A stretch of 63,005 nt of DNA, filler included, from Actinomycetota bacterium (lineage in GTDB: Bacteria > Actinomycetota > CADDZG01 > JAHWKV01 > JAOPZY01), in assembly GCA_025963875.1 (NCBI GenBank). It is 6 parts of 6 records of this genome, joined end to end, with 100 filler letters (N's around TTAATTAATTAA, not from the genome) between each part and the next. Parts side by side here need not be neighbours in the genome. Positions count along the whole stretch, not along the records: positions 17,406 to 25,899 come from JAOPZY010000039.1; positions 26,000 to 44,995 come from JAOPZY010000144.1; 4 more parts are not named here. One strand, given 5' to 3'. Numbering within the stretch: position 1 is the stretch's first letter; every line of letters starts with the position of its first letter. Below are positions 17,406-26,208 of this stretch, piece by piece. Under the pieces are notes generated by a model. The model did not search any database, was not told the origin of the DNA, and saw only the letters and a program-made list of their open reading frames with translations. The position numbers and the translations under genes were made by a program.

Positions 17406-18635
17406 GATCAGCAGGTTGATCCCTGGAATCAAAGAGTACCCGACATTGCCTGCGGCGCTCGTTGCCGCAGCTACAGCCGTGTAGAAGCCCGCAGCGAGGC
17501 CGGAGGTTGCCACCGACCAAGTCACCGACGACATGCCGCACCCGGAACAAGAAGCGGGCCGGACTGCCAGTTGCCCGCCGAAGAAGGGCGTGAAGGTGAC
17601 GGCAACGGAGGCGATGGCCGCCGACGTGTCAGTCGCCGAGCCCGTGAGCGCAGCGCCCGGTGGGATGAAGAGACCGTGGTCGTTGATCGCCGGGACCGGC
17701 AGGAGGGGAGCGACCAGGGCGTCCTCTCGGGCGCGGTAGTCCGTCAGTGCCTCCGGCGAGACTCCCGCATGGACAAAGCTGTCCAAGCCTGCAGCGAGAC
17801 GGTCTGTATCCACGTACGCGCCGGGGTGAGCTGCCTTGATCGCGGCCGCAAGATCGGTGGCCTGCTCGAAGGGCACGGCCATGTCCTCGTAGGCCTCCGC
17901 CAGGAGCAGGCGGGCACGAACGCCGGCGGCGTGGAGGATCGGGCTGGCGACGCCAAGGGAGCCGGGGTCGGCGCCGAACGCGGCGCCTGCCCAGCCCTGG
18001 ATGAGGGTTGGGCCGAGCGTCTGGTCGAAGGCATAGTCGAAGGGATCGAAGGCACTTTCCGTCGCCAGGCCGGTCAGGTCGGTGGGCGCAGCCTGGCCGA
18101 TCGCGCACCCGAGATCGGGGAACGTCGCAGCCAGGAGGGTGGCGAGATGCCCTCCCGCCGAGCTGCCGGTGGCGCAGACCTCGTAGCCGGGTCCGACCAT
18201 TTGGCGCACTCGCTGGTAGAACCAGGAGACGTCGGCGATGCTGTCGGCGCACCCTCGGTAGGTGATGTTGACCGTGAGCCAGCCGGCGGCCCGCCACCGC
18301 TCCACCTCCAGCCGCTCTGTCGCGGCCGCGGCTGGGCCGACGAAAAACCAGGCGCCGCCGTGGATCGTCAGCATGACGGCCTTCGGGCGAAGCCCTGCGT
18401 ACGCACCGGTCGGGAGGCCGACCTCGTAGTAGGCAGGAGCTCCCGGGCCGAGGCCGGTCGTCGAGACGCCCGGGCCGAGCGGCGTGGAGATCGGACCCGC
18501 GTCGATGGGCACGCAGGGGCTGCCCGGCAGCCCGAGGTTCGGTGGGTAGGTCGCTGCCTGAAGGGGGGTGGGGGTCAGCGGCCCGGCGACCGTGATGGCC
18601 GCGACCAGGGCCATCGTAATCCGGCGCGAGAGCAC
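17406..18635 (-). CDS. Secreted alpha/beta hydrolase (esterase/lipase) with C-terminal Ig-like segment; 3' end at contig edge
   Basis: Signal peptide, HGGAW oxyanion motif, GSSAGG nucleophile, D..VP and H of the catalytic triad. Confidence 0.85.
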
Positions 18636-18687
18636 AGGGACGGAGTGTGGCAGTTATAAGGCCAAAAAGATAGGCGTGTTAAGTGAT

Positions 18688-19728
18688 TTAAGCGGTACGA
18701 CGGGCGATCTCGTCCCGGACGACAGGAGCGACCTCGGTACCGAAGAGCTCGATTGCCCGCATGATCCGCTTGTGCGGCATCGGCCCGACGCTCAACTGGG
18801 CCAGGAAGCGGTCGTTGCGGAACAGGTCGTGCTCGAACAGGATCTTCTCGACGACCTGATCGACGCTCCCGACGGCCAGGGCGCCCCGCGGCCCCCGTGA
18901 CGCATCGAACTGCTGGCGCGTCATGGGCGGCCAGCCCCGCTCACGTCCGATCCTGGTCATGGCTTCGGCGTAGGACGGATAGAACTCGTCCGCGGCCTGC
19001 TGCGACGTATCGGCCACGTAGGCGTGGGAATTGATGCTCACCGGCAGGGTGGCGGGGTGGTGGCCGGCCCGGGCCGCGGCGTGGCGGTAGAGCTCGACCA
19101 GCGGGACGAACCGCTCGGGCTGGCCCCCGATGATGGCGAGCGCCATCGGCAGGCCCAGCGTCGCCGCCCTCACCACCGACTCGGGGGTTCCGCCGACTGC
19201 CAGCCACACCGGTAGCGGTGTCTGCTGTGGCCGGGGATAGACGCCCTGGCCGTTGAGGGGTGCCCGGTGGATTCCCCGCCAGGACACGTGCTCGGCCTCC
19301 CGGAGCTTGAGGAGCAGCTCCAGCTTCTCGGCGAAGAGCTCGTCGTAGTCGTCGAGCTCGTAGCCGAAGAGCGGGAACGACTCGACGAACGAGCCCCGGC
19401 CCGCCATGATCTCCGCCCGCCCGCCCGACAGCAGGTCCAGGGTGGCGAAGTCCTGGAAGACCCGGACGGGATCGTCGGAACTCAGCACTGTCACGGCGCT
19501 GGAGAGGCGGATGTTCCGGGTACGCGCCGCGGCGGCGCCTAGGACGACGGCGGGCGACGAGACCGCGTAGTCGGGCCGGTGGTGCTCGCCGACGCCGAAG
19601 ACGTCGAGGCCCACCTAGTCGGCGAGCTCGATCTCCTCGACGAGATCCCGCAGCCGCTCCCCGGCGCTGCCGGGGGCCCCGCTCAGGCCGGGGTCAATCT
19701 CTGCAAAGCTGTAGATGCCGAGTTCCAT
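18688..19728 (-). pseudogene. LLM class flavin-dependent oxidoreductase interrupted by one in-frame TAG
   Basis: From ATG 19728: MELGIYSFAE...[25 protein letters not shown], with TAG at 19615-19617. The rest is intact ([34 protein letters not shown]). Confidence 0.85.
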
Positions 19729-19785
19729 GCCAGTGGGAACGCCCTCTGCCCGAGGTGCTATTCCGGGTTGTCCCTTCCGGTGCGG

Positions 19786-20229
19786 TCAGCGGGGCAGCGT
19801 CGGGAGCCCGTCCGGGCCGAGGGGGAAGTCGGGGTTGTAGGCGACCTCCCACAGGTGGCCGTCCGGGTCGGCGAAGGAGCCGGTGTACCCGCCCCAATCC
19901 GCCCTCGCAGGCGCCTTGACGATGCGCCCGCCCGCACCCAGGATCCCCTCGAAGGCGGCGTCGACCTCCTCGGGGGATTCCAGGTTCATTGCGAGCATGG
20001 TGGGGCGGAAGCCTGCTCCGGGCGTCTCACCTGGGGTCTGACCCGTGTCTGCGGCGAGCGCTGCCAGGTCCCAGAGGGCCAGCCGGGCGCCGTCGGTGTG
20101 GAAGAAGCTCACCTCACCGGCCACGGAGTAGGGGGAGAGGCGCCAACCCAATGTCAGGTAAAAGTCGGTCGCCCGCTCGACGTCCGCGACGCCGAGTGTC
20201 GCAAGGCTGACCCGCGCCGGCACCGTCAT
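19786..20229 (-). CDS. VOC family (glyoxalase/bleomycin resistance) protein
   Basis: SLATLGVADVERATDFY...WGGYTGSFADPDGHLWEVAYNP. Confidence 0.9.
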   Translation of the reverse strand: MTVPARVSLATLGVADVERATDFYLTLGWRLSPYSVAGEVSFFHTDGARLALWDLAALAADTGQTPGETPGAGFRPTMLAMNLESPEEVDAAFEGILGAGGRIVKAPARADWGGYTGSFADPDGHLWEVAYNPDFPLGPDGLPTLPR

Positions 20230-20321
20230 GCCCCGAACTGTAGCTGGTTCAAACTGACGACAGTGGTTGTTCCTGGAGAACATTCAGTGTCGTCAGAACT
20301 TTTCAGGAGGCCCTGAGCCGC

Positions 20322-21485
20322 CTACTTCCAGTCCAGGCACACGATGGTCGCGTCATCCCGGAGCTGCGTGTTGCGGTAGCTCCGGACGCCCGCCGCGATC
20401 AGCCGGACCGCCTCGTGCGGTCGCAGGTGGCGGGTCGCGAGGAGGGCGCCCTCCAGGCGGCGGTCCCCGTAGGGTTCGCCGCCGTCACGGGGTTCGGCCT
20501 CCAGGACACCGTCGCTCACCAGGACCAGGCGCTGCCCCGACCGCAGGGTGGAGTGCTGGACCGTGTACGGCGTCGACCCGAACATGCCCAGGGGAAGATC
20601 CGCTTCGAACTTCACCGTCTCCACCGCCCCGCCGTTGATCCGGTAGGCCGGGGGCGAGCCGGCGTTCACGACGTCGACCTCGCCGGTGGCCAGGTCGACC
20701 TCCATGATCAGGGCCGTGACGAACTGGTCCCCGCCGAACTGCGTGTTGAGGGTCCGGTCCGCCGTGGCGGCCTGGGCGTCTATGGAGGCTCCGGAGCGGC
20801 GGGCATTGCGGAGCGTGTTGACGGCGAGGGTCGTGAGCAGCGAGGCACGGAGCCCGTGGCCCATCGCGTCGGTGGCGGTGACCAGCAGTGACTCCCTTCC
20901 CATGGCGTGGTCGAACATGTCCCCGCCCACCTCGTAGGCGGGGACGAGCTGCCCGGCGATGCCGAACGCTGTGCATTCGAAGGCCCGGATGGGAAGCAGG
21001 GCCCACTGCATCTCCGCCGCCAGCGCCATGGGTTCGTGGCGGCGTGCTCCCTCGAGGACGTCGCTCAGCGGCACGACGGCCTGCAGCACATGGGCCACGC
21101 ACGTCCCCACGTGGGCCAGATCGGGAAGCAGGTCGCTTGCCGACGTTGCAGCAGGCAGTTCGATCTCGAGGATCCCAAGCTGTTCGGCACGAAGCGTCAA
21201 CGGGACGAACACCCGTGCCCCCTTCGGTGAGGACACCTGGACGATCTCCTGGGTGCGGAAGGCATCACCCGCGTCGCTGCCGTCGACCGGGGTGCCGCCT
21301 CCCAGCGGCGAAGCTTGGCGGGGTAGGGGGGTGAGCATGTCCAGGTCGTAGTCGATCACCAGTACGTCGGAGCCCCGGGCGCCGAAGGCCTCGTGCAGAA
21401 ATTGCTCCACCACATCGACGACCGCCGTGGGAGATGCATCGTCGAGCGCCGACAGCAGCCGTCCGATGAGATCCGTTGTGTGCAT
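20322..21485 (-). CDS. PP2C/SpoIIE family serine phosphatase (RsbU-like)
   Basis: AEMQWALLP, PAYEVGGDMFD, DAMGHG, NAG, SDGV, DDAT. Confidence 0.92.
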   Translation of the reverse strand: MHTTDLIGRLLSALDDASPTAVVDVVEQFLHEAFGARGSDVLVIDYDLDMLTPLPRQASPLGGGTPVDGSDAGDAFRTQEIVQVSSPKGARVFVPLTLRAEQLGILEIELPAATSASDLLPDLAHVGTCVAHVLQAVVPLSDVLEGARRHEPMALAAEMQWALLPIRAFECTAFGIAGQLVPAYEVGGDMFDHAMGRESLLVTATDAMGHGLRASLLTTLAVNTLRNARRSGASIDAQAATADRTLNTQFGGDQFVTALIMEVDLATGEVDVVNAGSPPAYRINGGAVETVKFEADLPLGMFGSTPYTVQHSTLRSGQRLVLVSDGVLEAEPRDGGEPYGDRRLEGALLATRHLRPHEAVRLIAAGVRSYRNTQLRDDATIVCLDWK

Positions 21486-21577
21486 TGAGCCCTCCCGGGG
21501 TGGGAGGCTACCAGTGGTCGCCCCAGGCAGATCCTGGTACCACGGCAAGAAGGGACGCCTGGGGCAGAATCAGGGAC

Positions 21578-23221
21578 ATGGAACTCGAAGTGGCCACTCC
21601 GCCTGCATTGACCGAGCCTGCGACGACGGCGGCGAGCCGGGGGCGCCCTGCCCCGGTCGAGGCCACGGCGACCAACCGGCCCGAGGTCCTCGCCGCCGTC
21701 GATATCGGGACCAACTCCGTGCACCTCGTCGTCGCCCGCGTGCGGGGCCTCCAGGGCCTGGAGGTCCTCGAGCGGGAGAAGGAAATGGTGCGTCTCGGCT
21801 CGGGGGGCGGGGACATGAAGCACCTCGACGAGGGGGCGATCGACCGGGGGATCGCCGCCCTGGCCCGCTTCCGTGAGGTGGCCGATGTCCACGATGCCGC
21901 GGTCACGGCTGTGGCGACCAGCGCGGTCCGGGAGGCCGAGAACCGCAGGGTGTTCCTCCGGCGGGCCAGCACCGAGGCGGGGGTGGACGTGGACATCATC
22001 TCCGGCGTCGAGGAGGCCCGCCTCATCCACCTCGGCGTGCTCCAGGCGGTGCCGGTGTTCGACCAGCGCCTGCTGCTGTGCGACATCGGCGGTGGCTCGA
22101 CGGAGCTGCTCATCGGGCTGAAGGGGGAGACGCTCACGGCCCGCAGCATGAAGCTCGGGTCCAACCGGCTCACCCAGCGCTTCTTCGGCGCCAACAAGCT
22201 GCAGTCCGGCGACGTGGACTCCTGCCGCCGGGAGGTGCGAGCGATGCTGTCCTCGTTCTCCCGCGAGGCCCGGCGCCACGGCTACGACGTGGCGGTCGGA
22301 TCGTCCGGCACCATCGGGGCGGTCTGCGCGATGGCGGTCGCGCGCCGGGAGGAAGCGCCGCCCCGCACCTGGAACAACTTCCAGCTCTCGCGCCAGGACC
22401 TGGCCGCCGTGGTGAAGTCGGTCGTCAAGGCGCCGTCGGTGGCGGCGAGGGCGAAGCTGCCGGGGCTCGACCCGGGGCGGGCCGACATCATCCTCGCCGG
22501 TGCCCTGATCCTCGAGCAGGTGTTCGAGGAGTTCGGAATCGAAGAAATGACCTTCTCCGACTACGCCCTGCGCGAGGGCGTCCTGCTCGACGCCTGGCAG
22601 CGCCGCCACGGGGGATCGCTGCACCACCTCTCCACGATCCGGCGCAGCGGCGTGGAGCACCTCGCCGAGCTCATGGACGAGGACCGCGAGCACTCGCAGC
22701 ATGTCGCCACCCTGGCCCTCGACCTCTTCGACCGCACCGCCGAGCTGCACGGACTCGGCGACGATGCCCGCGAGTACCTCGAAGCGGCGGCCCTGCTCTG
22801 CAACGTCGGCCTCTTCCTGTCCCACGCCGGGCACCACCGGCACACCTACTACGTCATCCGCAACAGCGACCTGCTCACCGGGTTCACCGACCGGGAGATC
22901 GAGTTGATCGCCGTCATCGCCCGGTACCACCGCAAGGGCCTGCCGCGTCCCGCCCACCCGGAGTTCGCCGCCCTCTCCAAGGCCGACCAGCGCCTCGTGC
23001 GGGCCTGCGCCGGCCTGCTCCGCATCGCCATCGGCCTCGACCGCACCCACGGGGCCCGCGTGGCGGGCGTCGAGGTGGAGGTGGACGACGGCACGCTGAC
23101 CGTGACCGCCCTGCCACGCAACGGGGCGGACATCGGGCTTGAGCTTTTCTCCGCTGCCGAGCGCACGGACCTGCTGGCCGAGGCGCTGGAGTTGTCGGTC
23201 GAGGTGGCGGGCGCCGAGTAG
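21578..23221 (+). CDS. ppx: Ppx/GppA exopolyphosphatase
   Basis: AAVDIGTNSVHL, VATSAVREAEN, ISGVEEARL, DIGGGSTE, ALREG, HD-like C-terminal domain. Confidence 0.93.
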   Translation: MELEVATPPALTEPATTAASRGRPAPVEATATNRPEVLAAVDIGTNSVHLVVARVRGLQGLEVLEREKEMVRLGSGGGDMKHLDEGAIDRGIAALARFREVADVHDAAVTAVATSAVREAENRRVFLRRASTEAGVDVDIISGVEEARLIHLGVLQAVPVFDQRLLLCDIGGGSTELLIGLKGETLTARSMKLGSNRLTQRFFGANKLQSGDVDSCRREVRAMLSSFSREARRHGYDVAVGSSGTIGAVCAMAVARREEAPPRTWNNFQLSRQDLAAVVKSVVKAPSVAARAKLPGLDPGRADIILAGALILEQVFEEFGIEEMTFSDYALREGVLLDAWQRRHGGSLHHLSTIRRSGVEHLAELMDEDREHSQHVATLALDLFDRTAELHGLGDDAREYLEAAALLCNVGLFLSHAGHHRHTYYVIRNSDLLTGFTDREIELIAVIARYHRKGLPRPAHPEFAALSKADQRLVRACAGLLRIAIGLDRTHGARVAGVEVEVDDGTLTVTALPRNGADIGLELFSAAERTDLLAEALELSVEVAGAE

Positions 23222-23313
23222 CCCGGGCCGAGAGGAGGTCCGCAACGAAAACCGTGTCCTACGCGGAAAACGTTGCGGACTTCTTCCTGGAACGCGAAGG
23301 CCGAGTTGAAGCG

Positions 23314-23457
23314 CTACGAGCCCTCGGGTTCCGGGGCCGGGGGAGCGGACTCGGGCCGGAGGTCGGGCTTGTCCTCGTGCTGGACGCCCGTGCCCTCCTG
23401 CGGCTGGTCGCCGCTGCCGGGCGTGTCGGTGGGCTGCTCCTCGCTGTTGTCGCTCAC
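23314..23457 (-). CDS. Small acidic disordered protein (47 aa)
   Basis: Below the ORF-track cutoff. GGGAGG RBS then GTG: MSDNSEEQPTDTPGSGDQPQEGTGVQHEDKPDLRPESAPPAPEPEGS*. Confidence 0.6.
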   Translation of the reverse strand: MSDNSEEQPTDTPGSGDQPQEGTGVQHEDKPDLRPESAPPAPEPEGS

Positions 23458-23534
23458 TCAGGTCCTCCCGCTCGGTGGTCGGGGGCGGGTTACCCGGGCC
23501 GCCTGCCCCGCAAACGGATCCTCACGGACGTGGA

Positions 23535-24683
23535 TCACCAGGCGACGGGGATCTCCAGCACCCGCCCGTCGGAGCGGTCCGCTCTTGCGCGGAGCTGTTC
23601 GAGAGGGACGTCGAGACGCAGCGTGGGGAACCGGCCGAAGAGCTGCCCGAAGAGGAGTTGCAGCTCCATGCGGGCGACCGAGGCCCCCAGGCAGAAGTGG
23701 AGGCCGTGGCTGAACGCCAGGTGCGGGTTCTCCTGGCGGGTGACGTCGAAGTGTGCCGGATGGCGGAAGACGTCCGCATCCTCGTTGGCGTCCTGGAGGG
23801 CGAACATCACGAGGTCTCCGGAGCGGATCTTGGCTCCGCCGGCCTCGAGGTCGACCGAGGCGTAGCGGGGGAGGCCGCCGCGGCGGTTGCCGCGCTGGCG
23901 CTCGAGGGGGCTGGCGAACCGAAGGATCTCCTCCACGGCCTGGGTCGCCAGGCTCGGGTTGCGCCGGAGGGCCTCCCGCTGCTTGGCAGAAGGAAGATGG
24001 TTGAGCAGCAGCAGGATCCCCCGGTCGATGACCGCCACGGTGGAGCCGTGTCCCGCGAACAGCAGGCCCGAGGCGAGGTGGGCGATGGCGTCGTCGCTCA
24101 TCGCCGGGTCGGCCGTCCCGGCCGCCAGCATGTCGGAGATGACGTCCTCCCCCGGAGCCGCGTGCTTCCGCTCGATCGTGGCCCCCAGACACCGCCAGAG
24201 CGACTGGAGGCCGGCGCGGGAGCGGGCGGGGTGCTCCATGTGGGTGGCGTCCTCGGACCAGCGAAGGAAGTCCGCACGGTCGGCTTCGGAGATGCCGATG
24301 ACCTCGCACATCACGAGGCCGGGCAGAGGAAAGGAAACGGCGGCGTGGAAGTCGGCGGGGGAGCCGGCCGCCTCCATGCCGTCGAGCACGTGGCCGACGA
24401 TGCGCTCGATCCGCGGCCGCAGGCTCTCCATGCGGCGGGCCGAGAACGACTTTGTCAGGAGCCGCCGCATCCTGACGTGGTCCTGCCGCTCGGTTTCGGG
24501 GTCGCCCATCGGGCCTCCGAACAGGGCGGGCTGCGTCATGCGGACAGGATGCCGCGGGTCGGCATGGGAGCGACTGAGCCGCGGGTCGGCCAGCAAGGCC
24601 TTCACCAGTTCGTAGCCAGACACGAGCCATGCAGGTTCGCCCGTCGAGCTGGTCAGCCGCTCGACCGAGTCGCGCGCGGTCAA
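23535..24683 (-). CDS. Cytochrome P450 (CYP105/107-like)
   Basis: AWLVSGY, H.RMRRL, EEILR (ExxR), HLAFSHGLHFCLG heme motif. The start is uncertain (TTG 24683; similarity extends slightly upstream). Confidence 0.92.
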   Translation of the reverse strand: MTARDSVERLTSSTGEPAWLVSGYELVKALLADPRLSRSHADPRHPVRMTQPALFGGPMGDPETERQDHVRMRRLLTKSFSARRMESLRPRIERIVGHVLDGMEAAGSPADFHAAVSFPLPGLVMCEVIGISEADRADFLRWSEDATHMEHPARSRAGLQSLWRCLGATIERKHAAPGEDVISDMLAAGTADPAMSDDAIAHLASGLLFAGHGSTVAVIDRGILLLLNHLPSAKQREALRRNPSLATQAVEEILRFASPLERQRGNRRGGLPRYASVDLEAGGAKIRSGDLVMFALQDANEDADVFRHPAHFDVTRQENPHLAFSHGLHFCLGASVARMELQLLFGQLFGRFPTLRLDVPLEQLRARADRSDGRVLEIPVAW

Positions 24684-24763
24684 GGCCGCGAGCCACTTTG
24701 GGGAGACAACGGGCGGCTCACGCCGGTATGCGACCGCCGCGGCGGCCGGGGGAGTCCGGGGCT

Positions 24764-25261
24764 TTACGGCTCGTGGGTGGGGCGCTGCTCGGCAGGGTCG
24801 GTGCCCTCGCCGGCCTCGAGGTCCTCGTCCTCGCCGTCTCCGTACATCCCGACCTGCTCCGCGATCGTGATGGCGAAGCACATCTGGTCCACGTCGAGCT
24901 CGCCTTCCAGGCTGTCGAGCCACTGGACCGCGGCCGGCGCGCGCTGAGAGAGGTCGAGGTCGTCCGCCCACTCCTTGGCGGTCTTGGACGCGGTCATGCT
25001 GGCCGCCATCTTGGCTCGCTCCTCGGGGGTCCTCGACGCCTTGACCTCCGACTGGATCGCCTTGATCTGGTTCGGCAGGGCGAACTCGTCGATCACCTTG
25101 AGCTCCGAGAGCGACGTCGTCAGCTGCTGGGCGAGAGCGTCGCGGATCTGGTTGCGGACCTCGCCGACGTTGTTGCCGCGGGTCGTCAGGCCCGTCCCTG
25201 CGATCTCCGCCACCCACTGGTCCCCATCACGTGCATACACCGCGGTGTAGGTCTCGCTCAC
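24764..25261 (-). CDS. HicB-like antitoxin-fold protein with acidic C-terminus
   Basis: GTG start; TYTAVYARDGDQWVAEI....T.G....EVRNQIRDAL resembles the HicB N-terminal domain. Confidence 0.55.
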   Translation of the reverse strand: MSETYTAVYARDGDQWVAEIAGTGLTTRGNNVGEVRNQIRDALAQQLTTSLSELKVIDEFALPNQIKAIQSEVKASRTPEERAKMAASMTASKTAKEWADDLDLSQRAPAAVQWLDSLEGELDVDQMCFAITIAEQVGMYGDGEDEDLEAGEGTDPAEQRPTHEP

Positions 25262-25340
25262 GTCAACCAACCTCCCGATCTGGTCCCTGTCAGATTCCCG
25301 TGACGACAGTGTGGTGCACCAGGATACGGCAATCCGAACC

Positions 25341-25899
25341 TCACGAGGCGACCACGACCTGCACCTGGTAGTGGCCCGCGGAACCCTGACACCGCATGGC
25401 CTCGCCGCAGCTCGTGCGGGTCGCCACGACCGTCGCCTGGCCGGGGGCCACGGCGGTGAACGTTTCGGCGGCAGTCCCGCATCCCGCGCCCGGGACGCAT
25501 CCGGGGCTCGGGGACGTCGCCGGCGTTCCGTCGGCACGCAGCACCGAGGGGTCGGAGCTGGCCTGGATCTGCCAGTAGGTCGAGGCGAGGGCAACCCGGA
25601 GGTGCTCGCCCGGATGCAGGGTGACCGTCTGCCCGTCGTTGGCGTCGGCCACCGTGACGGTACCGTTCACCGCCACGGGCTGCGCGGGGGGCGAGGCTGC
25701 CGGGGTGGTCCTGGCGGGGGTGGGCGCCGGCGTCGTCGTCGCCTTGACCGTCGGCGGCGGGCTCGATGCCGGGGATGCGGCGGTGATCGTGGGCGTCGCC
25801 GAGACGGACGCGGTCACTGACGGGCTGCCCGCTGAGCTGGCGCTCGGGCTGGCACTGGTGGACGTGGCCGGCTTGGACGAGCACGCGCCCAGCAGCATC
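25341..25899 (-). CDS. Lipoprotein with Ser/Thr/Pro linker and chagasin/inhibitor I42-like domain (5' truncated)
   Basis: LLGAC lipobox; ADANDGQTVTLHPGEHLRVAL..TYW, FTAVAPG. Confidence 0.65.
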
Positions 25900-25999
25900 N
25901 NNNNNNNNNNNNNNNNNNNNNNNNNNNNNNNNNNNNNNNNNNNTTAATTAATTAANNNNNNNNNNNNNNNNNNNNNNNNNNNNNNNNNNNNNNNNNNNN
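25900..25999. other. Artificial contig spacer
   Basis: N-run, TTAATTAATTAA, N-run. Confidence 0.98.
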
Positions 26000-26091
26000 T
26001 CACCCGCAACCAGATCATGAACCAGGCAGGCACGGCCATGCTGGCCCAGGCCAACCAGATCCCCCAGAGCATCCTGAAGCTCCTGCAGTAG
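26000..26091 (+). CDS. fliC: Flagellin, C-terminal end (5' truncated)
   Basis: Hand translation TRNQIMNQAGTAMLAQANQIPQSILKLLQ*, the canonical flagellin D0 C-terminus. Confidence 0.95.
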
Positions 26092-26155
26092 GAGCAGCTC
26101 GGTGAAGTAGCACCACCTCCGAACCATGCAGCATGAGCAAACCATCCACTCGGGA

Positions 26156-26183
26156 GGCGGCGCCGGCAACGTCCGGCGCCGCC
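26156..26183 (+). terminator. GC-rich hairpin between flagellin and fliD (terminator/attenuator or mRNA stabiliser)
   Basis: GGCGGCGCCGG-CAACGT-CCGGCGCCGCC, perfect 11-bp stem; no U-tract. Confidence 0.65.
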
Positions 26184-26208
26184 GTTCCCCACCAAGGGAG
26201 TGACCACA

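Noticed and set aside
19615..19617. Pyrrolysine or genome-wide amber recoding
   Set aside because: TAG is used as a normal stop in many genes here, no pyl genes are seen, and this is the only internal TAG noticed.
23314..24763. Biarylitide-type RiPP (P450 plus short precursor)
   Set aside because: No MxYxH-like micro-ORF was found next to the P450, and the 47-aa peptide has no aromatic cross-linking residues.
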